From Myxococcota bacterium (GTDB lineage: Bacteria > Myxococcota > JACRCW01), in assembly GCA_040752415.1 (NCBI GenBank), contig JBFMGU010000074.1, positions 1-41,328 of the forward strand: a stretch of DNA of 41,328 nt, read 5' to 3'. Of the stretch, positions 1 to 10,483 are shown one piece after another (within the stretch, counting starts at the first letter, position 1; each line of letters starts with the position of its first letter). The position numbers and the translations under genes were made by a program. Below the pieces are notes generated by a model. The model did no database searches. It worked only from the letters and a program-made list of their open reading frames with translations, and was not told where the DNA came from.

Positions 1-2
1 GC

Positions 3-146
3 GGTGCGTCGCTGGCGGGCTACGGGGCGCACCTGGACGCGGTGCTGCAGTTCCTGGACGGGGTGCTCTCCGCCGGCGTGCGTGCGCCAAAGGTGGCCGA
101 GAGCGCGGTGAAGCTGCGTGAGCTGCGGCGTCGGTTGGGGGGCTGA
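3..146 (+). CDS. 3' end of a CDS entering from the left edge (unknown product)
   Basis: Frame 3 reads GASLAGYGAHLDAVLQFLDGVLSAG...LRRRLGG then TGA at 144-146, with G/C-ending codons. Confidence 0.6.
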   Translation, partial: GASLAGYGAHLDAVLQFLDGVLSAGVRAPKVAESAVKLRELRRRLGG

Positions 147-186
147 AGGAGCCGAGCATCCCTGCCCGTGCCACGTGCCCCTGCCC

Positions 187-289
187 TGCCCCTGCCCGTG
201 CCCGGCTTGTCGGAAACCCCGGCGCAGAGGTTGTCGACGGAGAACCCCGTCGGGCCGCGGGGCATTCAAGCCGGGCACGGGCAGGGGCA
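187..289. repeat. Perfect 23-bp inverted repeat between convergent genes
   Basis: TGCCCCTGCCCGTGCCCGGCTTG (187-209) pairs with CAAGCCGGGCACGGGCAGGGGCA (267-289); further (G/C)TGCCC-like units lie at about 160-186. Confidence 0.85.
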
Positions 290-314
290 CGGACGCTCTG
301 CTGTGCGGCTTGCG

Positions 315-2936
315 TCAGACCAGGCCGATCTCGATCGTGAAGGTGCTTCCCTGCCCCGGCGTGCTCTGCAGTCGCACCTCGCCGCCGAGCGCGTTGAGGA
401 TCTGCCGGACAATCCACAGCCCCAGGCCAAACCCGCCGTAGTGGCGCTCGCTCACCGCGCGCTCGAAGCGCTGGAAGATGCGCTCCTGGTCCTCCGGCGC
501 AATGCCAATGCCGTGGTCGGTCACCGAGACCCGGGCCAGCTTCTCCGCCACGGTCAGCTCCACCTCCACCGGCTTGCCTGCGCCGTACTTGAACGCGTTG
601 GACAGCAGGTTGCCCAGGACCTGTTCCATGCGCAGGCGGTCGGCGCGGATGAATACGGGCTCGTCGGGAATGCGGGCGCTGAGCGTGCAGCCGGCGCGCG
701 CGGCGTCCACCTTGAGGCGCGTCACCACCTCCCGCGAGAGCGCCGCCAGGTCCAGCTCCTCCAGCTCCAGGTGCAGGCGCCCGCTGGTGAGCCGGCTGAT
801 GTCCAGCAGGTTGCGGATGAGGTGCTCCAGCCGCACCACCTGGCGCTCCGCGCTCTCCATGCCCCGCAGCAGGTTCGGCTCGACGGACGGCGCGCGGTGC
901 AGCGTGCGGACCATGCTCTGCACGTAGAGCTGCAGGCTGGTGATGGGCGTGCGCAGCTCATGGCTGGCAATGGCCAGGAACTCGTCGCGGGCGCGCACGG
1001 CCTGCTGCAGCTCGGCGGCCAGGTGCTCCACCTTCTCCCGCGCGGCCTGCTCGGCGTGCAGCAGGCGGGTGCGCTCCAGCTCGTCGCGCTTGCGGCCGGT
1101 GATGTCCACCATGACGCCAATGGCGCCGCGGGTGCGCCCGTTCTCGTCGAAGAGGGGGACCGCGGACACCAGGACCGTCACCACGCGCCCGTCCTGTTCC
1201 AGCACCAGGTCCAGCTCCATGTCGGTGACGGTGACCCCGCGCGCGGCGGCCACCTGCAGCGGCTTCTCCTCCGGCGCCAGCTCACGGCCAGCGTGGCGCA
1301 CCCGGATCCGCGGGGCCTCCGCCGGCGGCGCGCCGAGCGAGTCGCCGGGGCCGGGTGGCAGGCCCAGCAGGCGGGAGATGTGCGCGTTGACGTCAATGCG
1401 GTGGCACTGCGGATCCCGCGCAATGGCCAGGCCCACCGGCGCCACGTCCAGGATCGTCTGCAGCTCATCCAGGCGGCGTTGCAGGTCGGTGTTGAGGGCG
1501 CGGATGCGCGCTTCCGCCTGCTTCTGCGGCGTGATGTCCGCCACCAGGCTGACGTAGCCGTCCACGTGCCCGGACTCGTCCAGCTGGGGCACCAACGTGG
1601 TGCGCACGTGACGCGTGCCGTGCGGGTAGGGCACCTCTGCCTCGAACTCCACGCGCTCGCCGTGCAGGGCCCGGTCCATGTACGGCTGCATGACGTTGAA
1701 CGCCGCCACTCCCACCGCGCGGGAGACGTGGTGACCCACCAGCTCCGTGGTGGGCGTGTCAAACCAGGTGCCGTAGGCCTGGTTGACAAAGCGGTAGCGC
1801 CCGCCGGGATCCACGTGGGCAATCAAGACCGGCAGCGCGTCGGCCACCAGGCGCAGCTGCACCTCGCTGGCGCGCAGCGCGTGCTCGCTCTCCCGCAGCT
1901 CACCGGCAATGTGCTCGGCGGTGGCGCGGGCCCGCACCTGCGCGCGCGTCAAGAGGAAGAACAGGACGCTGATGGCGGTGCCCAGCCCCAGCAGGGAGGC
2001 GGACCACGGCGTGGCCAGCAGCGCGGCCCGGACTTCCAGGTCCGTGAAGCGCAACGTCCACGCCCGACCCGCCACCTCGATGAGCACGGTGATCACCTTG
2101 GGGGCGTTCGCGGTGTCGGCCTCCGGGTGGCTGCAGTGCATTCGCGCGTCCCCCACGGGGACCAGGCCGTCGAACACCTCCAGCGCCAGGTCCTGCGGCG
2201 CGCCCGCGTCCAGGGCGCCCTGCAGCAGGTCGTCGACACGGAAGGGGGCGTAGACAAATCCCTTCAGCGCGGCGCGCCGCTCCGCGACGGTGGAGTTGGG
2301 CAGGCCGGGGCGGTAGACCGGGGTGTAGATGAGGAAGCCCGCCTGCTTTTGCGGGTCAATCTCCTGCACCAGCGTGACCTTCCCGCTCATGGCCGGCAGG
2401 CCGGTGTCGCGCGCCCGGGACATGGCCTCCCAACGCACCGGCTCGGTGGACATGTCATAACCCAGCGCGGCCGCGTTCCGACGGTCCTGCGGCTCCAGGT
2501 AGATGATGGCGTGGACCTCGTCCCGCGGGGTGGCGGGCCAGATGCCGCGCGTGGGGAGCTGCTCGTGCAGGACCCGCTCCACCTCGTCACGTTGCTCGGG
2601 CAGCACCCGTTGCGAGAAGCCGATGCCCTGGATGCCCGGATAACGGGTGCGCAGCGCCAGGTGGTCCACGTAGATCTGGAACTCCTCCCGCGTGACCTCC
2701 TTGCTGGCGGCAAACAATCCCCGCGCGCCCAGCAGCATGGCCAGGTAGGTCTCCAGGCGGGTCTGCACCTCGGCGCGGATGGATTGCGCGGCGGCGTCGA
2801 ACTCCAGGTGGTGCTGCGCGCGTGCGCTGTGCGCGGTGTAGGCGGCCACCGCCCCGGTCAGGCCCAGGGAGAGGAAGAGCACCGCGTATGGCACCAGCCA
2901 CCGGCGGTCCCTGGCACCGCCCAGGCGCGAATCCAT
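315..2936 (-). CDS. Membrane sensor histidine kinase (CHASE - PAS - PAS - HisKA - HATPase)
   Basis: TM helix; CHASE-like region (YPGIQGIG, IYLEP, ALGYDM, GKVTLVQ); second TM; two PAS-like segments; H-box SHELRTP; NLLSNA, DHGIG, GGFGLGL. ATG 2936 follows GGAGGAG. Confidence 0.93.
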   Translation of the reverse strand: MDSRLGGARDRRWLVPYAVLFLSLGLTGAVAAYTAHSARAQHHLEFDAAAQSIRAEVQTRLETYLAMLLGARGLFAASKEVTREEFQIYVDHLALRTRYPGIQGIGFSQRVLPEQRDEVERVLHEQLPTRGIWPATPRDEVHAIIYLEPQDRRNAAALGYDMSTEPVRWEAMSRARDTGLPAMSGKVTLVQEIDPQKQAGFLIYTPVYRPGLPNSTVAERRAALKGFVYAPFRVDDLLQGALDAGAPQDLALEVFDGLVPVGDARMHCSHPEADTANAPKVITVLIEVAGRAWTLRFTDLEVRAALLATPWSASLLGLGTAISVLFFLLTRAQVRARATAEHIAGELRESEHALRASEVQLRLVADALPVLIAHVDPGGRYRFVNQAYGTWFDTPTTELVGHHVSRAVGVAAFNVMQPYMDRALHGERVEFEAEVPYPHGTRHVRTTLVPQLDESGHVDGYVSLVADITPQKQAEARIRALNTDLQRRLDELQTILDVAPVGLAIARDPQCHRIDVNAHISRLLGLPPGPGDSLGAPPAEAPRIRVRHAGRELAPEEKPLQVAAARGVTVTDMELDLVLEQDGRVVTVLVSAVPLFDENGRTRGAIGVMVDITGRKRDELERTRLLHAEQAAREKVEHLAAELQQAVRARDEFLAIASHELRTPITSLQLYVQSMVRTLHRAPSVEPNLLRGMESAERQVVRLEHLIRNLLDISRLTSGRLHLELEELDLAALSREVVTRLKVDAARAGCTLSARIPDEPVFIRADRLRMEQVLGNLLSNAFKYGAGKPVEVELTVAEKLARVSVTDHGIGIAPEDQERIFQRFERAVSERHYGGFGLGLWIVRQILNALGGEVRLQSTPGQGSTFTIEIGLV

Positions 2937-3249
2937 GCTCCTCCCATCACGCGCCCTCGCCCCCTCGCCGCGCCCTCCCTTCCCCCGGAGCAACGCAGGC
3001 GTGGACACAGGCACAAGACGTCGTGCGGCCGGACGGGGCCGACGTGGGGTCGGTAGCTGGACGCGTCACGGGCCGCAAGGGCGGGCGTGGGCGCGACGTG
3101 ACGTCGGAGATCCCCGCGGAGGGGAATGGCCGGCGGCCACCGGCGGGTTGAGCTTCCGACGCGGGTGGGTGGCCGTCCCACCCGACAGCCCGTCCTGGCC
3201 CGCGTTGAAGCGGTGCCGCGGGCTCCCTAAGCTGGCGGCCCACGCGTCC

Positions 3250-4734
3250 ATGGCCTCCGCCACCGCCTCCCTCCCCGACGATCTCCCGGCGCGCATTGGC
3301 ACGGTGCGGATCACCACGCGCCTTGGCGGCGGCGGCATGGGTGAGGTGTACGCGGGCGAGGACGAGGAGCTGGGTCGGGTGGTGGCGGTGAAGCTGCTGA
3401 GTGGCGTCACCGACGAGGAAGCGGCGGAGCGTTTTGAGCGGGAGGCGCTGGCGCTGGCGCGGCTCAGCCATCCCAACGTGGTGCAGGTGTACAGCAAGGG
3501 CGTGTGGCGGGGGCGGCCGTACTTCGCCATGGAGCTGGTGGACGGGCCCAGCGTGCTGGACGTGCTGAGCAGCCAGGGGCCGTTCTCCGTCGAGGAGGCG
3601 GTGGAGGTGGTGCGCCAGGCGGCGCTGGGGCTGCGCGCGGCGGCGCAGGCGGGCGTGATCCACCGCGACGTGAAACCCGCGAACCTGTTGGTGGCTCCCG
3701 ACGGCACGGTGAAGGTGGCGGACTTTGGCGTGTGCAAGATTGCGGGGCGCTCCCCGGCGGTGACGGAGGCGGGCACCACGCTGGGCACGCCGTTCTACAT
3801 GGCGCCGGAGCAGGCGCGTGGTGAAACCGTGGATGCGCGCGCGGACATCTACGCGCTGGGCGCCTCCCTCTTCCACCTGCTGACCGGTCGCACGCCCTAC
3901 GCGGTCAATGAGACGGTGGCGCAGCTGTTGGCGCACCAGCGGGAGCCCGTCCCCGACGTGGCGCAGGCCTGCCCCGGGCTGCCCCGGGGGATGGTGCGGC
4001 TCATCCGTCGGATGTTGCAGAAGGATCCCGCGGCGCGCCCCCAGGACTACGACGAGCTGCTCGCGGAGCTGGACGAGGCGTTGTTGCCGCCGCCGCGTCG
4101 CACCGGGTGGTACGTGGCGGGGGGCGTGGTGGCGAGCCTGCTGCTGGGCCTGCCCGCGTGGTGGTGGTGGCAGCGCCCGACGACGGAGCCGGTTCCCCCC
4201 GCCCCGGTGACGACGGTGGAGCAGCCCGCGCCGCCTCCCGCTGCTCCGCCGCCGGTGGTGCTGGCTTCCGAGGCGCCGCGCGGCAACGAGCCGGACACGC
4301 CGCCGGTGTCGACGGAGCGGCCCAACGCGGAGGCGCTGAAGGGTGACGCGGTGGAGGCGTTGCTGGCGCGCATCCGCGGTCCCCGCGCCCCCGACCGCGC
4401 GGCGGCCATGGCCAGCCTGGCGCGCACGCGGGATGAGCGCGCCCGTCCGGCGCTGGAGGCCATCCTGCGCGACAAGCAGGATCCCGACGGGCCGCTGGCC
4501 GCGGTGCTCTTGGGAGAGCTGGGCGACCAGGCGGCCACCGAGGCGCTGATTGCGGGCCTGCGGAGCGAGCGGCGGGCCACGGTGCTGGCGGCGGTGGACG
4601 CCTTGAGCGCCCTGCGTGACGTGCGCGCCGTGGAGCCGCTGCGCCAGCTGGCGGAGAGCCACGCGGACCCCACCATCCGCACGCGTGCGCGCAAGGCCGG
4701 GACCGCGTTGTTTGCCATCGAGGGCGACCGCTGA
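3250..4734 (+). CDS. Hanks-type Ser/Thr protein kinase with TM helix and C-terminal HEAT-like repeats
   Basis: GGGGMGEVY, VAVK, HRDVKPAN, DFG, APE motifs; hydrophobic segment; Pro-rich linker; repeats such as AAVLLGELGD and AAVDALSALRD..AVEPL. Confidence 0.93.
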   Translation: MASATASLPDDLPARIGTVRITTRLGGGGMGEVYAGEDEELGRVVAVKLLSGVTDEEAAERFEREALALARLSHPNVVQVYSKGVWRGRPYFAMELVDGPSVLDVLSSQGPFSVEEAVEVVRQAALGLRAAAQAGVIHRDVKPANLLVAPDGTVKVADFGVCKIAGRSPAVTEAGTTLGTPFYMAPEQARGETVDARADIYALGASLFHLLTGRTPYAVNETVAQLLAHQREPVPDVAQACPGLPRGMVRLIRRMLQKDPAARPQDYDELLAELDEALLPPPRRTGWYVAGGVVASLLLGLPAWWWWQRPTTEPVPPAPVTTVEQPAPPPAAPPPVVLASEAPRGNEPDTPPVSTERPNAEALKGDAVEALLARIRGPRAPDRAAAMASLARTRDERARPALEAILRDKQDPDGPLAAVLLGELGDQAATEALIAGLRSERRATVLAAVDALSALRDVRAVEPLRQLAESHADPTIRTRARKAGTALFAIEGDR

Positions 4735-4749
4735 CATATCAGCGCCACG

Positions 4750-5745
4750 ATGCTGCTCCTCGCCGTGGAATCCAGCTGTGACGAGACCGCCGCCGCCGTG
4801 CTGGAGGACGGGGTGGCGCGCTCCTCGGTGGTGAGCACGCAGGTGGAGGTGCACGCGCCCTACGGCGGCGTGGTGCCGGAGCTGGCCAGTCGCAACCACG
4901 CGCTCACCATCGTCCCGGTGATCCAGCAGGCGTTCACCGACGCAGGAGTGACGCCGCGCCAGCTGGACGCGGTGGCGGCGACGTATGGTCCGGGGCTCAT
5001 CGGCTCGCTGCTGGTGGGGCTGCAGGCGGCCAAGGGGCTGGCCTACGCGCTGAAGCTGCCGTTTCTCGGCGTGAACCACCTGGAAGGCCACCTGGCCGCC
5101 ATCCATCTCCACGAGGACGTGCCCTATCCCTACGTGGGCCTGCTGTGCTCCGGCGGGCACACCGCGCTGTACCTGGTGGAGGGCGTGGGGAAGGCGCGCC
5201 TGCTCGGCGAGACGCGCGACGACGCCGCGGGCGAGGCCTTTGACAAGACCGCCAAGCTGGCGGGGCTGGGCTACCCCGGCGGCGCGGTGATGGATGCGCT
5301 GGCCGCGCAGGGAGATCCCCGTCGCTACAAGCTGCCGCGCGCGCTGCCGGGGAAGACCAACCTGGAGTTCAGCTTCTCCGGCATCAAGACCGCGGCGCGG
5401 CTCGTCGTCGAGAAGGAGGGGCCGCTCACGGACCAGGCGCTCAAGGACTACTGCGCGTCGGTGCGGCAGGCGATCGTCGAGGTGCTGTGCAAGAAGGCGC
5501 TGGCCGCGTGCCGCCTGCACGGTGCGCCGCGGCTGGTGCTCGCCGGAGGCGTGGCGGCCAATGCGCTGTTGCGTGAGCTCTCCGTGCAGATGGGGCAGCA
5601 GGTGGGGGTCACCGTGCACGTCCCGCCGCGCGTGTTGTGCACCGACAACGCGGCGATGATCGGTCGCGCGGCGTATCACCGGCTCATGCGCGGGGAGCGT
5701 TCACCGCTGACGCTGGACGCGGATGCCTCGGCGCGGCTGGGGTGA
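4750..5745 (+). CDS. tsaD: tRNA N6-adenosine threonylcarbamoyltransferase TsaD
   Basis: ESSCDET, GGVVPELASRNH, GPGL, NHLEGH, SGGHT, GEAFDK, FSFSG, GGVAAN, CTDNAAMI. Confidence 0.98.
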   Translation: MLLLAVESSCDETAAAVLEDGVARSSVVSTQVEVHAPYGGVVPELASRNHALTIVPVIQQAFTDAGVTPRQLDAVAATYGPGLIGSLLVGLQAAKGLAYALKLPFLGVNHLEGHLAAIHLHEDVPYPYVGLLCSGGHTALYLVEGVGKARLLGETRDDAAGEAFDKTAKLAGLGYPGGAVMDALAAQGDPRRYKLPRALPGKTNLEFSFSGIKTAARLVVEKEGPLTDQALKDYCASVRQAIVEVLCKKALAACRLHGAPRLVLAGGVAANALLRELSVQMGQQVGVTVHVPPRVLCTDNAAMIGRAAYHRLMRGERSPLTLDADASARLG

Positions 5746-5932
5746 GCGACGATCCCGTCGAGGAGGGCCCGTGGGCAGCGTGCGCGTGTGGCGCGGCGGG
5801 GCAGCGGCAGCCAAGGCTGCACCTGGAAATGCACCAAGCCCCGCCCTCGATGTCCACCTGCGTTGCTTCCACGTCGGCGGGGCTCTGCGTTGAGGCGGTA
5901 GGTGACGTGGTTGAGGCATGCGGCCGAGCGGC

Positions 5933-6766
5933 TCACTCCGCCGCTTCCCTGCCTCCGCTCTCCTCCGCGGGCTCCGTCGACGCTTCACCTTGCTCGGTGG
6001 TCATGCCGTCGAGGGCCTCGTAGGTCTGCTCCAGGCCCTGCACCGCGCCGGACATGCCCGCGGCACCGGAGGGGAACTGCTCCTCGGGCAGCGCCTCCAG
6101 CTCGGCCTCCTCCGCCTCCACGGCGTCGCGCTGCACGCGCAGGGCATCCACCTGCTCCAGCACCCACTCGCGCGCCTCGCCGCTGAGCTCCTCGTGCGCG
6201 CGGCGCTCCAGCGCGTCCAGGCGGTCCTCCATCTCGTCGAGCTGGTCGCTGATCTCGGCCTCCACCTCCTCGCGCTCGGGGGCCTCCTCGGCCACGGGGG
6301 CAGGACCCACCGGCGCGCCCAGGAAGATGCCGCCGGTCATGGGGCCGCCGGTGACGCCGGTGGGGAGCTGCCCGGTTCCCGTCGGGGGAAGCTGGCCGGC
6401 GCCCGGCTGCGGCGCGCGGTCAATGGGGCCGGTGGTGAACTGGCTCGGGGCCTGGCCGGTGGTGAACTGCCCCGTCGTGCCTCCCGACGGCGGGACCGTG
6501 GTGGTTGGCGCCCCCGTGGCCGCGCCGACGCCGGGCTGCGGCAGCGTGGGCGTGGTGGAGGGCTGCGTCACCGACGGAGGCAGGGGCGCAGGCGCGGTGA
6601 ACTGTCCCGGTGACTGCGGCGCGGTGGCGGTGCCGGGCACGCCGGTGGTGAACTGGCCGGGGTACAGCGGTGCGGGCGCGGGAGTCACGGGTGTCGTCGG
6701 AGCGGGCGGCGTGGACGGTGCCTGGGCCAACAGCGTCACGGCGAACAACGTGCACAGCGGTGTCAT
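5933..6766 (-). CDS. Hypothetical exported Pro/Thr/Gly-rich protein with acidic helical C-terminus
   Basis: GGAGG upstream of ATG 6766; hydrophobic N-terminus MTPLCTLFAVTLLAQ; repeated GQFT/GQLP motifs; Glu-rich coiled-coil-like end. Confidence 0.7.
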   Translation of the reverse strand: MTPLCTLFAVTLLAQAPSTPPAPTTPVTPAPAPLYPGQFTTGVPGTATAPQSPGQFTAPAPLPPSVTQPSTTPTLPQPGVGAATGAPTTTVPPSGGTTGQFTTGQAPSQFTTGPIDRAPQPGAGQLPPTGTGQLPTGVTGGPMTGGIFLGAPVGPAPVAEEAPEREEVEAEISDQLDEMEDRLDALERRAHEELSGEAREWVLEQVDALRVQRDAVEAEEAELEALPEEQFPSGAAGMSGAVQGLEQTYEALDGMTTEQGEASTEPAEESGGREAAE

Positions 6767-6955
6767 GGCAGCCTCCGTCGGGTGCGTCGTCACGGATGTA
6801 ACCGGGGGCGCGGGATGGGACCGTGTCGCCAACGCCTGGAAGGCGGGACGGCCGGTGCTTGGCCCGGGGCGTGACAGGGGCCCCGCGAACAGGTGACGGA
6901 GCCACGCGGCGCGCCTAGAAAGCGTCCTCCCTTCGTGACCCCTGGGGGTAGTTCG

Positions 6956-7612
6956 ATGCTGAGCCAGAGACTCCTGGATGGCCTGTTCAAGGCGCTGGAC
7001 TTCGCCGAGGAGATTCGCGGCACCGTGAACCGGCTGCGCGGCAAGCCCACCGAGCCGCCGCCGTGGGAGGTGAGCTGGCCCAAGGGAGAGAACGCCGCGC
7101 CACCCGCGTCCGCGCCCGCCGTGGCCGTGGTGGGAGAGCCGCCGTCCGAGGACACCACGTCGCGCGCGCCCCGCCGCGCCAAGCCCGCCGCCACGCGCAA
7201 GCCGGCCAGCACCGCCGCGCGCAGGAAGTCCACCCCACCGGCTCCGTCGTCGACGGACAGCGCCGCGCTCACCACGCTCACCGACGCGCTGGACCGCGGC
7301 ACCGTGCCGCCTCCCGCCGAGCTGGAGCTCAAGGGCAAGCCCATGCTGGGGCGCATCCTCTGGGCCCTGGCGCACAGCCAGGCGCTGAGCGGGCACGGGC
7401 TCACCGGGCCGGAGGTGGCCAAGGCGCTGACGCACGCGGGCATCAAGACGGCGCCCAACAACGTCATGCGCGCGGTGCGCCAGGACGGCGGCGAGCTGTT
7501 CCAGCGTGAGGATGGCGCGGGTCGCGCGGTGGTGCTGGTGCTCACCGACGAGGGACGGCGCGCCGCCGCGGAGCACCTGGGCGTGCGCTTCGGGGAGAAG
7601 GTGGAGGGATGA
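6956..7612 (+). CDS. Hypothetical protein with putative C-terminal winged-helix domain
   Basis: Basic Ala/Pro/Lys linker, then ILWAL...[10 protein letters not shown]...NNVMRAV...[10 protein letters not shown]; stop overlaps the ltaE start (ATGA). Confidence 0.7.
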   Translation: MLSQRLLDGLFKALDFAEEIRGTVNRLRGKPTEPPPWEVSWPKGENAAPPASAPAVAVVGEPPSEDTTSRAPRRAKPAATRKPASTAARRKSTPPAPSSTDSAALTTLTDALDRGTVPPPAELELKGKPMLGRILWALAHSQALSGHGLTGPEVAKALTHAGIKTAPNNVMRAVRQDGGELFQREDGAGRAVVLVLTDEGRRAAAEHLGVRFGEKVEG

Positions 7613-8652
7613 CCGTGCGGCAGTGGGCGGCGGACCTCGTCAGCGACACCGTGACCAGGCCCACCCCGTCCATGCGCCGGGCCATGGCCGAGGCCGAGGT
7701 TGGCGACGAGCAGCGCGGCGACGACCCCACCGTGCTGGCGCTGGAGCGGCGCGTGGCGTCCCTGCTCGGTATGGACGCGGCGGTGTTCGTCCCCTCCGCC
7801 ACCATGGCCAACCAGATTGCCGTGCAGCTGCACACCCGTCCCGGTGACGAGGTCATCTGCGACCGCACCGCGCACGTCTACAACCACGAGGGCGGCGGCA
7901 TGGCCGGAAACGCGGGCGCGCAGTGCCGGCCGCTCAGCGCCGAGCGCGGCATCTTCACCCCCGCCCAGCTCGACGAGGCGCTGCGCGTGGACAACGAGGT
8001 GTACCCGCGTTCCGCGCTGGTGGTCGTCGAGAACACGTCCAATGGCGGCGGTGGCGTTCCGTGGACGCCGGAGGAGTCGCGCGCGGTGGTGCAGCATGCG
8101 CAGGCGCGTGGACTGAAGACGCACCTCGACGGGGCGCGCCTCCTCAACGCCTCCGTGGCGCTGGACGTGGCGCCCGCCGTGCTCACCGCCGGCTTTGACT
8201 CCGTGACGTTGTGCCTCTCCAAGGGGCTGGGCTGTCCCTTTGGCGCACTGCTGGGCGTGCGGGCGGACCTGGAGAAGACCGCGCGCCGCATCAAGCAGCG
8301 ACTTGGCGGCGCGTTGCGCCAGGCGGGGATGGCCGCGGCGGCGGGACTGCACGCGCTGGACCACCACGTGGAGCGACTGCGCGAGGATCACGGGCGCGCG
8401 GCGCGGCTGGCCGAGGGGCTCCGGGGCCTGCGTGGTGTCGAGGTGGAGCCGGTGCGCACGAACCTGGTGTACTTCCGAGTGGGCAGGGGCGCGGCGGAGG
8501 CGCAGCGGTTCCTCTCCGTGCTGGAGGAGCGCGGAGTGCGCATGGGTCACGCCGGCGGGAACCGCATCCGCGCCTGCCTGCACCTGGACATCACCGACGT
8601 GGGATTGGCCGCTGCGCTGGACGCGTGCGCGCATGCCACGGGGAGCCTGTGA
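7609..8652 (+). CDS. ltaE: Low-specificity L-threonine aldolase (PLP-dependent)
   Basis: [35 protein letters not shown] (PLP lysine), GGALRQAG. Confidence 0.95.
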   Translation: MTVRQWAADLVSDTVTRPTPSMRRAMAEAEVGDEQRGDDPTVLALERRVASLLGMDAAVFVPSATMANQIAVQLHTRPGDEVICDRTAHVYNHEGGGMAGNAGAQCRPLSAERGIFTPAQLDEALRVDNEVYPRSALVVVENTSNGGGGVPWTPEESRAVVQHAQARGLKTHLDGARLLNASVALDVAPAVLTAGFDSVTLCLSKGLGCPFGALLGVRADLEKTARRIKQRLGGALRQAGMAAAAGLHALDHHVERLREDHGRAARLAEGLRGLRGVEVEPVRTNLVYFRVGRGAAEAQRFLSVLEERGVRMGHAGGNRIRACLHLDITDVGLAAALDACAHATGSL

Positions 8653-10473
8653 GTGGGAAGGGTCCGTTCGCTCCCGGAGGCGTTGCGCAGCCAGATTGCG
8701 GCGGGCGAGGTGGTGGAGCGTCCCGCGTCGGTGGCCAAGGAGCTCATCGAGAACAGCCTGGATGCGCAGGCGCGCAGCATCACGCTGGAGATTGAAGCGG
8801 GGGGGCTGGGCCGGCTCAGCGTCACCGACGACGGAGAAGGCATGGACCGCGAGGACGCACGCGCCTGCCTGGGCCGTCACGCCACCAGCAAGCTGCAGAC
8901 CGTGGAGGACCTGGTGGCGCTCACCACCTACGGTTTCCGCGGCGAGGCGCTGCCGTCCATTGCGTCGGTGAGCCGGCTCACGTTGACCACGCGGCAGCCT
9001 TCTCTCGACGAGGGATGGCGCGTGCGCGTGGAAGGCGGGACGGTGCTGGCCGAGGAGCCGGTGGGCTGCACGGTGGGCACCCGGATTGACGTGCGCGACC
9101 TGTTCTTCAATGTGCCGGCGCGTCGCAAGTTCCAGAAGAGCGCGCGCAGCGAGGCCACCCACGTGGAGGACACGCTCATCCGCATGGCGCTCTCCAATCC
9201 CGGCGTCGACTTCCGGCTCGTCGAGGATGGCCGCGAGGGCGTGCGCGCTCCCGCCGCCAGCGACGAGACCCACGAGCGCGAGCGCGCGGAGATGGTGCTG
9301 GGCAAGGCGGCGCGCGGGCAGCTCTTCTCCGTCGACGGCAGGGGCGGGCCGTACCGGGTGCACGGGCTGGTGGCCAATCCCGCGCTCTCCCGCGGCGACA
9401 CCAAGGGGCTGTACACGTTCGTCAACGGTCGCTTCGTGAAGGACCGCACGCTCAACCACGCCGTCATCGAGAGCTATCGCACGCTGCTGGAGGTGGGGCG
9501 CTTCCCGGTGGTGATCCTCAAGCTGGAGATCCCGCCCGAGGCCGTCGACGTCAACGTGCATCCGCAGAAGCTGGAGGTGCGCTTCGCCGACGGCTCCGCC
9601 ATCCACCACGCCGTCACCAGCGTGCTGACGCCGCTGCTCCGCACCACGCCGTGGCTGCGCACCGGCCAGGTCACCTACAGCATGCCGTCCACCACGCCGG
9701 TTGCCGCGGTGGCCGAGCCGTCCTCGTCGACAGGTGGGGACCTGGCGGAGCTGCACCGCGCGCGGGCCAAGGAGGCGTTGGCGCGGTTTGCCGGGCGCAT
9801 GGAGCGCGGCGCGCTGGAAGAACGGGTCTACACGCCGCCGGTGACGACGGGAAGACCGCCGGTGAGCACGCCGGGCCTGGGCGGCGCCACGGAGTTCTCC
9901 CGACTGCGTGCCTTGGGCCAGGTGGGGCTGACCTACCTGCTGTGTGAAGGTCCCGAGGGCCTGGTGGTGCTGGACCAGCACGCCGCGCACGAGCGCGTGA
10001 ACTTCGAGAAGCTGCGTGCTGGCCTGGGGCGCGGCGAGATCCCGGCGCAGCGCCTGCTGGTTCCCCTGCGCATCAGCCTCACCCGCGCCGAGGAGGAGGC
10101 GCTGCAGACCCACGCCGAGCTGCTGGGGCGCGCGGGGTTTGACGTCTCGTCGCTGGGGCCGGGGGATGCGTTGCTCCGCTCCGTGCCCGCCTTGTTGCAC
10201 GGCAAGCAGCCGGAGCGCGTGTGCAAGGAGCTGCTCGAGGAGCTGGCGGAGAGCGGCGCGTCCTCCCCGCTGCAGGATGCGCTGGACGCGGTGCTGGCGC
10301 GCGTGGCCTGCCACGGCAGCGTGCGCGCCGGGGATCCCATGACGCCCATGGAGATCAACGCGCTGTTGCAGTCGCTGGACGGGGTGGACCTGGGCGCGCA
10401 TTGCCCGCATGGTCGACCGGTGGTGCGCGCCATCTCGCTGGATGCCATGGCGGCGTGGTTTGACCGCATCTGA
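8653..10473 (+). CDS. mutL: DNA mismatch repair endonuclease MutL
   Basis: IAAGEVVERPASVAKELIENSLDA, HATSK, GFRGEAL, VDVNVHPQK; endonuclease motifs DQHAAHER, ACH, CPHGRP. GTG start directly after the ltaE stop. Confidence 0.98.
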   Translation: MGRVRSLPEALRSQIAAGEVVERPASVAKELIENSLDAQARSITLEIEAGGLGRLSVTDDGEGMDREDARACLGRHATSKLQTVEDLVALTTYGFRGEALPSIASVSRLTLTTRQPSLDEGWRVRVEGGTVLAEEPVGCTVGTRIDVRDLFFNVPARRKFQKSARSEATHVEDTLIRMALSNPGVDFRLVEDGREGVRAPAASDETHERERAEMVLGKAARGQLFSVDGRGGPYRVHGLVANPALSRGDTKGLYTFVNGRFVKDRTLNHAVIESYRTLLEVGRFPVVILKLEIPPEAVDVNVHPQKLEVRFADGSAIHHAVTSVLTPLLRTTPWLRTGQVTYSMPSTTPVAAVAEPSSSTGGDLAELHRARAKEALARFAGRMERGALEERVYTPPVTTGRPPVSTPGLGGATEFSRLRALGQVGLTYLLCEGPEGLVVLDQHAAHERVNFEKLRAGLGRGEIPAQRLLVPLRISLTRAEEEALQTHAELLGRAGFDVSSLGPGDALLRSVPALLHGKQPERVCKELLEELAESGASSPLQDALDAVLARVACHGSVRAGDPMTPMEINALLQSLDGVDLGAHCPHGRPVVRAISLDAMAAWFDRI

Positions 10474-10483
10474 GGAGTCCCGC

